A stretch of DNA of 64,000 nt from Octopus bimaculoides (Eukaryota). Below are positions 1 to 9,981 of the stretch, one piece after another. Location: positions 15,014,261-15,078,260 of the forward strand of contig NC_068983.1 of NCBI RefSeq assembly GCF_001194135.2. Reading direction: 5' to 3'. The notes below the pieces were generated by a model that was not told the DNA's origin, searched no databases, and saw only the letters and a list, made by a program, of their open reading frames with translations. The position numbers were made by a program, and so were the translations under genes. Each line of letters begins with the position of its first letter. The stretch's first letter is position 1.

Positions 1-329
1 AACGGAGGCTTTAATCTGTGCTGCCCAAGAGCAAACATTAAGAACCAATTACATCAAATACAGAATAAAAAAAAACACATCAGAAAGTGGAGAATTTGTG
101 GACAAACTGGTGAAACTTTATGGCATATTACCAGTCAATGTACGCCACTAACCCAGAATGAATATGAGAGGTCTTGACAATATAGTAAGGATTGTCCATT
201 GGACACTTTGCAACAAGGATGGACTTGACAAAGTAAAAAAGTGGTACAAACATAAACTCGAAGACATCATCGAAAAGGATGATCTCCAGCGTTAGAAGCT
301 GTGCAAAGACAATAATAATAATAATAATG

Positions 330-389
<60 letters not shown>

Positions 390-842
390 TTCATACGGGA
401 ATTCCAATTCAAATGGACAAGAAGTTAGAAAATTTCCTATTCAAACGAACAAAAAGTTGGAAAATGATAGTCCGGACATAACAATTATAGATAAGGAAAA
501 GTTAATTGCTCCACGCATCATGCTTTTTGATTCCAGGATCGTCAAAAGCAAATACAATCCCTTAAAACTTGAAACAGGAAGAATTTGGAGTATGAGAACT
601 GTAAAGGTCGTGTCTATGATAATTGGTGCGTTGGGAACAATATGTCAAGATATAGACAAATAGCTGAAAGAGATTGGAATAGAATGCCTGGTGGAGCTCC
701 TACAGACAGTTTGTCTCTTAGGGACAGCAAGTAGGGTTCTAAACACTTGAAAGACAGCTGAAAACTTGCGGATAGCTTAGGTTACAGGTAGTAAACCGCT
801 ACCCACATAAATCCAAAGTGGAATAAGACTGAACCTAAAATA
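1..842 (+). mobile_element. Decayed 3' end of an R4/Dong-like non-LTR retrotransposon (zinc knuckle + restriction-like endonuclease)
   Basis: Frames read TEALICAAQEQTLRTNYIKYRI, then WRICGQTGETLWHITSQCTPLTQNEYER (CCHC-like), SPDITIIDKE (PD motif) and IWSMRTVKVVSMIIGALGTI, typical of R4-clade C-termini. Frameshifts and stops present. Interrupted by (TAA)n at about 310-388 and followed by TAA/TGA repeats at about 841-875. Confidence 0.85.
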
Positions 843-1541
843 ATAATAACAATGATGATGATGATGATGATGACTTCAAATTTTGGCACAATGCCAGCAG
901 GGGAGATGTTTAATCGATTCCATCGACCCCCAATATACCACTGGCATTTATTTTATCGACCCCGAAAGAATGAAATGCATAGTCATCATCATCCTCATCA
1001 TCAAGTCAAATACAAAGTGATTGTTTCTTTCGCACTATGTTATGTAATTAATATATTCTGTTTAATTCCGTGCTTTAGGTGGTTTCTTGTGAGAGGGCTG
1101 TGATTCTGACACAAACAAGTATTTTACAGTCTTAGTTTTGAGCTATTTGCTTTGCAAATCCTGTTGTTTGTTTACATTCTCTATCTTGCTTTGCTTCGTT
1201 TAATTTTTAATCAATGTCAGACTTTTCTTAAAATCATTTATTATAACATCCTTGAGTCTCATTTCAACGTAATGTCTACTATTTTAAAATTCCTGTCATA
1301 TCTGTCTTCTTTATCACGTAGAATCGAAATAACCGTTCTACATGCTCTGTTTCAGTGGCAGAATATTTCCCACTTGTGGAGTTACGTAATGCAGCTGACC
1401 TGGCTCTCAGTTAGGTACATCAGGAGGGCTGCAGTACCACACTCTCTCTCTCTCTTACTTTCTCTGCCTTTGTCTCTGTCTCTGACGGGAGCTTAAATAA
1501 TCTAGCAGTTGTGAAATACACACACACACATACACACATAC

Positions 1542-1699
1542 GAGTGGCTGTATGGTAAGCAGCTTGCTTACCAGACACATGGTTCCGGGTTCAGTCCCAC
1601 TGCGTGGCACCTTGGGCAGGTGTCTTCTACTATAGCCTCGGGCCGACCAAAGCCTTGTGAGTGGATTTGGTAGACGGAAACTGAAAGAAGCCCGTCGTA

Positions 1700-1700
<1 letters not shown>
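1542..1700 (+). mobile_element. SINE family A, 5' half (runs into TA repeat and gap)
   Basis: GAGTGGCTGTATGGTAAG...GGTTCAGTCCCACTGCG...GAAACTGAAAGAAGCCCGTCG matches the family A consensus seen in more than 15 copies here. Confidence 0.85.
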
Positions 1701-1730
<30 letters not shown>

Positions 1731-2567
1731 NNNNNNNNNNNNNNNNNNNNNNNNNNNNNNNNNNNNNNNNNNNNNNNNNNNNNNNNNNNNNNNNNNNNNN
1801 NNNNNNNNNNNNNNNNNNNNNNNNNNNNNNNNNNNNNNNNNNNNNNNNNNNNNNNNNNNNNNNNNNNNNNNNNNNNNNNNNNNNNNNNNNNNNNNNNNNN
1901 NNNNNNNNNNNNNNNNNNNNNNNNNNNNNNNNNNNNNNNNNNNNNNNNNNNNNNNNNNNNNNNNNNNNNNNNNNNNNNNNNNNNNNNNNNNNNNNNNNNN
2001 NNNNNNNNNNNNNNNNNNNNNNNNNNNNNNNNNNNNNNNNNNNNNNNNNNNNNNNNNNNNNNNNNNNNNNNNNNNNNNNNNNNNNNNNNNNNNNNNNNNN
2101 NNNNNNNNNNNNNNNNNNNNNNNNNNNNNNNNNNNNNNNNNNNNNNNNNNNNNNNNNNNNNNNNNNNNNNNNNNNNNNNNNNNNNNNNNNNNNNNNNNNN
2201 NNNNNNNNNNNNNNNNNNNNNNNNNNNNNNNNNNNNNNNNNNNNNNNNNNNNNNNNNNNNNNNNNNNNNNNNNNNNNNNNNNNNNNNNNNNNNNNNNNNN
2301 NNNNNNNNNNNNNNNNNNNNNNNNNNNNNNNNNNNNNNNNNNNNNNNNNNNNNNNNNNNNNNNNNNNNNNNNNNNNNNNNNNNNNNNNNNNNNNNNNNNN
2401 NNNNNNNNNNNNNNNNNNNNNNNNNNNNNNNNNNNNNNNNNNNNNNNNNNNNNNNNNNNNNNNNNNNNNNNNNNNNNNNNNNNNNNNNNNNNNNNNNNNN
2501 NNNNNNNNNNNNNNNNNNNNNNNNNNNNNNNNNNNNNNNNNNNNNNNNNNNNNNNNNNNNNNNNNNN

Positions 2568-2628
<61 letters not shown>

Positions 2629-2639
2629 CACACACACCT

Positions 2640-2759
2640 TTCGTCGACCAACTTCAGTCGAGGTCATAGTAGAAGACACTTGTCCAGGGTACCATGCAGT
2701 GGGACTGAACGCGATACCACAGGTTGCAAATTTATTAGCCACACAACCACATCTGCGCT
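2640..2759 (-). mobile_element. SINE family A, decayed 5' part
   Basis: Reverse match to GGTTCAGTCCCACTGC...CAAGTGTCTTCTACTAT. Confidence 0.7.
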
Positions 2760-3548
2760 CTCTCTTTCCCTCTCTCCGTGTTTCTCTTTGTCTGTCTCTC
2801 TCTCACTCTCCTTCTCTGTGTGTGTATATGTATGTAGGTATTACGTAGGTGTGATGTATGTATAGAGTGAAAGAGAGAGAGACAGAGAGTGAGAGATTAA
2901 TAAATAGATGCATGCACCTTACACACGCATGCACATACGTGCACACGTAGATACACAAACAAACACAGTACACAAAATACACAAACCTTCTCCAACCTTA
3001 TTACTACAATACAGATGTTTCGGAATATTTTAAGAGTAAAGTGTTAGCGTCTTGGATCTTAGTTCTTGATTTCGTGTTTGTACTCTGTGACAGGAATTAG
3101 GAATTTTCATTAATCGTGGCTTTTAAGCCATTTTTGCCGGAACACGTTGCGAATGCAACATATTATAAGATAGAATTAAGCTTTGACAGCTTGTCACAGA
3201 TCTCGGTGAGTTTCACCTGTATTGTGTCAATTAGATAGGAAGGCTGGGAGAACAGGATGAAAATGATTGAAAAAAAATCCTTCTTTTCCAAGAGTAAACC
3301 ATCATATTCTGTACATTTAGTAAAGATTTCCAGAAAATAAAAGCAGTGATATAGCAGATATAGTGGAAGACAGAATCAGAGAAACAACGAAACGGTACTG
3401 ACTGAATTGGTCTTACAGAATTCTGTCTAATATTTAGCTATATCACGCAACATTCTCAGTTCGAGTTGGAAAGGAAGCTTCTTACCACATAGTCACACAC
3501 AAATACACACACACATACAATCACACACGTATACACTTACAAACACAA

Positions 3549-3588
<40 letters not shown>

Positions 3589-3954
3589 TCTTCCTTCTGC
3601 TGGCCTTGCTTCTCCCCTTCACTGCTATATCTCTCTCTTACTCTTCCTCCCTGTCTCTCGTCGCTCACCTATGTACAACTTCCTCCCTTGTCTCTTTCTA
3701 CCACTCCTCGTTGACCACACGTGACCTGTGGTTACCTCTTCCTTTCTCCATTCGGCCAGCGTAAAGGCAACACTAACTGCTATCTCTCTCTCTGCTCAAA
3801 TTGGTCAAATTACAGCGTCCGGTATCTCATCTCGTTCCGTCTAACGGTCCTCAACGTTTGTTTCACTGTTTAGTTTTCCCATTCTTGGTCCCTATCTTGG
3901 TTTCTGTTTGCCACTTTGAAACTCTCTGCATAGCAGGATTTGCTTTGAGGGAAA

Positions 3955-4243
3955 AGCTATTCGAAGAGCGCGGTCTGCCTCATCTTCGAAACGCCTCGCT
4001 TAGAATAGAGGCAGCTGATGAAAAAAAATTCCATATGCGGCTTATCTGTTTTCCTATGTGTTCATTCTGTTGTTTGTAAAAACAGTTCGTTTTTTGTCCT
4101 TTGTTATGCTCCCGTTCCTTTTTTTGTCCACGTTTTTTGACGTCCTGTACCCGGATATGCATCCATATATACATGTAGATGTAGGTATGTACATATATGT
4201 ATATATGCATATGCTCACATATCATTTGTATTATTATTATTAC

Positions 4244-4280
<37 letters not shown>
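3955..4280 (+). repeat. Dispersed repeat family F (copy 1), hairpin + CUGAUGA motif, (TAT)n tail
   Basis: TTCGAAACGC..TAGAATAG.GGCAGCTGATGAA...TCCACGTTTTTTGACGTCC..CCCGGATATGCAT...GTAGATGTAGGTATGTAC is shared with 25867-26160 and 28055-28330. Confidence 0.8.
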
Positions 4281-4281
<1 letters not shown>

Positions 4282-4614
4282 NNNNNNNNNNNNNNNNNNN
4301 NNNNNNNNNNNNNNNNNNNNNNNNNNNNNNNNNNNNNNNNNNNNNNNNNNNNNNNNNNNNNNNNNNNNNNNNNNNNNNNNNNNNNNNNNNNNNNNNNNNN
4401 NNNNNNNNNNNNNNNNNNNNNNNNNNNNNNNNNNNNNNNNNNNNNNNNNNNNNNNNNNNNNNNNNNNNNNNNNNNNNNNNNNNNNNNNNNNNNNNNNNNN
4501 NNNNNNNNNNNNNNNNNNNTATATATATATATATATATATATATGCACCTTTCGTTGACCAACGTCACTCATAAGGCATTGTTCATCTCTTTCAGCTCGA
4601 TAATTTTCTTTTTA

Positions 4615-5127
4615 ATTTTTGCACAAGGCCAGTAATTTTCAGAGGTGGGGCATTAGTCCATCACATAATCCCTAGTGCTCAACTGGTACTTATTTATCTA
4701 TTTCGAAGCCATGAAAGGCAAAGTCGATCTCAGCGGAATTGGAACTCTGAACAGAGATAGTCGGAAGAAATATCGCTAGAATTTTGCTCTGCGCAATAAC
4801 GACTCTGTCAGATCACCATCTTTGTACTCAGAATGTAAAGACTGATGATATGCCGATAAGCATTTTCTCCGGCGTGCTAACGATTCTGCCAGCTTCCCAC
4901 CTTAACATAGAAATAAAAAACCTGGTTTCAAATTTTGGCACAAGTTCAGCAAGTCCGGGAGTGCGTAAGTCGATTACATCGACCCCAGTGCTCAAATTGT
5001 TTTTTATTATAACGGCACCGAAAGAATGAAAAAGTAAAGCCAACCTCGGTGGAATTTGAACGCTAGACCTAAACCCTGACGAAATATCCCAAGCATTTTT
5101 CCCCGAAGGTGCTAACTCACCGCCTTC
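4615..5127 (-). mobile_element. Cluster of about three SINE family B copies
   Basis: Reverse matches to AAGGCGG(T/C)GAGCTGGCAGAATCGTTAGCAC...GAGTTCAAATTCCGCCGAGGTCGAC...GGCCTTGTGC. Another partial lies at about 881-975. Confidence 0.75.
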
Positions 5128-5670
5128 ATAGTAGTTAGCGTATTAAATAACACATTATTTCTGTGTACTGTAAGGAATAATCTTTAATTCTACAACATTT
5201 TATTGTGCTTGGTGTTCGCGATCTCTTATTTATTTTTCTTCTTTCCTTGGAAACGTAACAAACACGAGAAAGAAATAGCACTTGCAAAATTGATTCCATG
5301 CAATGTGGAATCAATGAAAGAATGCTGCTGTAGTGTGACAAACTATTCATGCCGAATCGATCAGCCGCTAATGAATTAATTAATTGATTAGGTAACAATA
5401 AAACTGAAATAAACTATAATCAGTGCGTTTGTTTATTTGGCCAACTGACCCTCCCAGTGTAAAACGATATGTGTTTCGAAGCACAGTCCCATCAAAGTCA
5501 TATGTAATTTTCAAACGAAATTCTTATGCATTTGTGTTAGAAGTACAACGACATTCTATTTTCGGTAAATATCTTGGTTTCCTTTCATATCATTTAGCTA
5601 TTGGTTTGTCACATGGGGTGTATTGTCACCCCCAATTTTTTTAATAATTACTCGTAATTTCTAGTTGACA

Positions 5671-5671
<1 letters not shown>

Positions 5672-5701
<30 letters not shown>

Positions 5702-5799
5702 CTTCTTCTTCTTCTTCTTCATTATTATTATTATTATTATCATTATTCTTCTTCTTATTATTATCATTATCATTACTATTACTACTACTGCTGCTGCTG

Positions 5800-5832
<33 letters not shown>

Positions 5833-5847
5833 TTACTGCTGCTGCTG

Positions 5848-5891
<44 letters not shown>

Positions 5892-5901
5892 GCTGCTGCT
5901 G

Positions 5902-5948
<47 letters not shown>

Positions 5949-5970
5949 GCTGCTGCTGCCACTGCTACTG

Positions 5971-6038
<68 letters not shown>

Positions 6039-6075
6039 GCTACTATTATTATTGTTATTATTATTATTATTATTG
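5672..6075. repeat. Compound trinucleotide array (TTC)n-(ATT)n-(CTA)n/(CTG)n-(ATT)n
   Basis: Directly visible. Explains the poly-L, poly-V and poly-K ORFs. Confidence 0.98.
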
Positions 6076-6689
6076 GCTCCCTTCCTCTACTCTTCTGGCT
6101 CATTGAGGGTTGGTTGCAGGTGGTGTGGCGCAGTCGTGACTCAGTTGTCGTGGGAGGTAGACGTCGTTTTTGTCTAGTTTACTCCATGTGATTAATGCAG
6201 TTCAAGTTTTGATTTAATGCATATTGTAATGGCGAATGCATGTTATGTTATTTCCGAATGATATTAAAAAATTCCACAAAATGGTGTTTTCTCAAGAAAT
6301 GTAATCTCAGTTTAGGATTTTTTTAGTTCTTCCTTGATTTTATAATTTATTTTCTTGTATTGTTTTATGTTAATATCAATCAGCTACAAGGGTTTCAAAC
6401 TTTTCACCAGTGATTGTAGATATATCCCGAACTAACAGGATGAGTATATTTTACATAATACTAAAGGTACAAACATTTTTGTATTGGGGTGTGTAAACAC
6501 CCCGTGTTCGAAAAAGTGAGGTGACTAAGGAAGAGTTAAATAGTCTTTTTTTTTTTTGTCATGTTAATTAATTAACAACAAAATACTCACCATTTTGCAA
6601 CCACTTTTTATGGTATTCGCCATTAGTCACCTCTGTTGCATATACATGACCCAGCGATGAACTAACATGATCGTTAACGCGTCGGCGAA

Positions 6690-6870
6690 AATGCATGCAA
6701 GTATTATTTCATCAGCGTTTTTACGTTCCGAGTTCATTTCCCGCTGAAGTCAGTTTGTCTTCAATCTATTCGTGGTCGACAAATAAAGTACTAATTGAGC
6801 ATTGGGGTCGGTGTGATCGACTGCAACCGCCTCAAAAAATTTCAAGCCTTTTTTCTTATATTAGAAAAGA
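6690..6870 (+). mobile_element. SINE family B, diverged
   Basis: TTTACGTTCCGAGTTCA...GGGGTCGGTGTGATCGACT...AAATTTCAAGCC...TAGAAAAG, then (TAT)n. Confidence 0.7.
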
Positions 6871-6877
6871 TTCGTGC

Positions 6878-6932
<55 letters not shown>

Positions 6933-6940
6933 ATTATTGT

Positions 6941-7158
6941 TCAGTAGTTTTATTTTTATAACGTGATTTCACTTCACTACCGAGCGCAGCTCTGTGTGCC
7001 TTGGGTATGTGCTGTGGTTTGCTGTGATGCTCTTATGGTTACTGTATTGAAAGTGTTTTGCGTAGGATGTGTGCAGTGCCCAGTAGTGCAATTTTCTGTA
7101 TGTTATATATATTTGTAAGTCCTGGTATTTTTGTTATGTATTTGTCTGAATATTTTAT
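6941..7158 (-). mobile_element. 5'-truncated R4/Dong-like LINE 3' end
   Basis: Minus frame ends KIPGLTNIYNIQKIALLGTAHILRKTLSIQ*, the classic R4 terminus. The 3' UTR abuts (TAA)n at 6878-6933. About 95% identical by eye to 8160-8375. Confidence 0.85.
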
Positions 7159-7419
7159 TATTATTACTTCCACCTTAGTGAAGTCGATCTTGCACCGATC
7201 TTTTTCAGCCATGTTGGTAGTTGAGTACTGATACTTCATAGTGCACCAATTTCTTGAAAGTATCACCACTCAACTACCAGCGTGGCTGAAAAAATGTCGG
7301 TGCCAGTGTGAAAGTAGAACATATTGTTTTGATTCTTGCTGTTCTATTTGCGGTTGTTCTTTACTTGAAAGCCGGCAATAACAAATCACCAAAGGTTTCA
7401 AGTAGTACTTTCTCCTATG

Positions 7420-8150
7420 GGACGAAGTAGCAGAAATGTTCGCACGCCGGGCAAAATGCTTACCGGCATTTCGTTCCTTTTTACTTTCTGAATTCAAATT
7501 CCTCCGCGATCAGCTTTACCGTTCATCCTTTCGAGGTCAATAAAATAAGTACCGTGGAGTACCGTTGAGTTGTAATCTACTCATCCCATCTTCCTAAATT
7601 GCTGGCCTTGTGCCAAAATTTGAAACGATATTATCAATAATATTAAGGCGGTAGTGGGCAGAATCATTAGCAGTAGCGGCAAAATGCTTAGCAGCATTTC
7701 ATTCGTCTTTACGTTCTGGGTTTCAATTTCACCGAGGTCATCTTTACTTTTAATCCTTTCTGGGTCGATAAATTAAGTATCAGTGGAACACCGGGGTCTA
7801 TCTAATCGACTAGTTACCTCCGCACAAATTTCAGGTCATCTGCTGTTTGTAGAAAGGAGTATTATTGAGTGAGAGAGCAACGCATACCATCAAAGTGACA
7901 GTGGGGTTCAAATATACAAAACCCAATATACCAGTCATGACGACTCGTCTGATAATGATTATTATTATTATGGTAAGCTGGCAGAATCGTTAGCACGCTG
8001 GACGAAATACTTAACGGTATTTCTGCTGTCGCTACGTTCTGTGTTCAAATTCTGCGGAGGTCGACTTTGCCTTTCAGCGGGGGTTGATGTAATCGACTTA
8101 CCGCTTCCTCTCAAATTTCAAGCCGTGTCTATAGTAGAAAGGATTATTAT
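7420..8150 (+). mobile_element. Three tandem SINE family B copies
   Basis: Copies at about 7420-7632, 7645-7865 and 7970-8150 share the GGCAGAATCGTTAGC / GAGTTCAAAT / GGTCGAT blocks and TATT-rich ends. Confidence 0.8.
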
Positions 8151-8159
8151 TATTATTAT

Positions 8160-8667
8160 TCAGTAGTTTTAGTTTTATAACGTGCTTTCACTTCACTACC
8201 GAGCGCAGCTCTGTGTGCCTTGGGTATGTGATGTGGTTTGCTGTGATGCTCTTATGGTTATTGTATTGACAGTGTTTTGCGTAGGAGGTGTGCAGTGCCC
8301 AGTAGTGCAATTTTCTGTATGTTTTATATACTTGTAAGTCTTGGTGTTTTTGTTATGTATTTGTCTAAATATTTTTTTTATCATACCTAATGCACCTACT
8401 ATGATAGGAATTGTTTCTGTTTTTAGATTCCACATTCGAGTTACCTCTATTTCCAGGTCTTTGTATTTTGGAAGTTTCTCCACTTCTTTTAGGGAAACAT
8501 TGTCATCTGCTGGTATTGATTCATCAATTAGAAAACATTTTCTTTTCTTCATGATCTCTGACAACTATATCCGGCTTATTGGCCTTAATTTCTCTATCTG
8601 TGTGTATTGGCATATCCCAGAGTATGGTTGCTTTCTCGTTTTCTGCGACCTTTTCTGGCGTGTGCCT
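8160..8667 (-). mobile_element. 5'-truncated R4/Dong-like LINE with RLE endonuclease domain
   Basis: Minus strand, one frameshift: HTPEKVAENEKATILWDMPIHTDREIKANKPDIVVRDHEEK / CFLIDESIPADDNVSLKEVEKLPKYKDLEIEVTRMWNLKTETIPIIVGALGMIKK (PD..D..K RLE motif). Flanked on both sides by (TAA)n. Confidence 0.9.
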
Positions 8668-8934
8668 TATTATTATTATTATTGTTGTTGTTGTTATTTT
8701 ATTATTATTATTTTATTATTATTATTATTTATTTTATTTTTTTCAAACCTCTCCGTCTTACTTAATCTGGTTGATTCTGTGAGAGTGGACAGCAACCTAT
8801 TGTCAGAGATCTCACAGGGTCTCTGTCTGCAAATTATAAGCTTTGGTTCCTAGATGTTAAATTATCGTGAAAGACACTCAACACCCAAGCACCAAACTCA
8901 AAATTATCATTATTAATATTATTATTATTATTAA

Positions 8935-8986
<52 letters not shown>

Positions 8987-9012
8987 GTTATTATTGTCGT
9001 TATTGTTATTCA
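8668..9012. repeat. (TAT)n microsatellites
   Basis: Two tracts, at about 8668-8745 and 8900-9012. Confidence 0.95.
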
Positions 9013-9944
9013 ACATGAAATTAAGTCTACGTAAATTAGAGATAATGTGTCGCTCCTACAATCCATTGTTGCCTGTAAAACTACAATACTCGGCCTCTAC
9101 TAGCTAAAGTAATCTCCTTTGTTATGTATTTCCGAGCTAGACAGACTGCGACAAGTAAGATAAAAAGAAAAGAAAATTGCTTTAGGCTACAAAGATTGTT
9201 CTGTTATCAATAGAAAGTAACAACATATGAACAAAATGAGCACAACATATCCACGCGTCAATAATGATTCGACGAAGATTCATTAGAGAATAATTATCTA
9301 AAAGAATTACATTAAGCTGAACTCATTAACGAACCTTACACGTTACTAAAGAAATTGAATCGAACATTCTTTCTCTCGGTATTTTGTTATTTAATTTTCT
9401 TGGTGTTAAATTAGAATGTCTTTACAGACAAGAAGAACTAAGGCAAAGCGTAGATCACAACCAAAGAATAATAATGATGGTAAAACTTTCACGTCATTCC
9501 TCAAAACAAATAATATTTCAAAAACCAGATATTTAAAGATATCAAAGGAATTTGTTCTGAATTCTAAAAAGAATATATCTAAATCTATCTATCTCTATCT
9601 ATCTAGCAACATATAAATATATATACAAATACATGTATATACTCACAGACACACGAGCACGCGCGTGCACACAGACACGCACACATACACAAACACACAC
9701 ACACGCGCATATACATTCTTTTAGAAAATATAGACGGATAGAGAATATATATATACATATATATANNNNNNNNNNNNNNNNNNNNNNNNNNNNNNNNNNN
9801 NNNNNNNNNNNNNNNNNNNNNNNNNNNNNNNNNNNNNNNNNNNNNNNNNNNNNNNNNNNNNNNNNNNNNNNNNNNNNNNNNNNNNNNNNNNNNNNNNNNN
9901 NNNNNNNNNNNNNNNNNNNNNNNNNNNNNNNNNNNNNNNNNNNN

Positions 9945-9981
<37 letters not shown>

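Noticed and set aside
1356-1414. Plus-strand 59-nt exon-like segment (WQNISHLWSYVMQLTWLSV)
   Set aside because: Splice signals are acceptable but there is no recognisable protein or supported neighbour exon; such candidates are common by chance.
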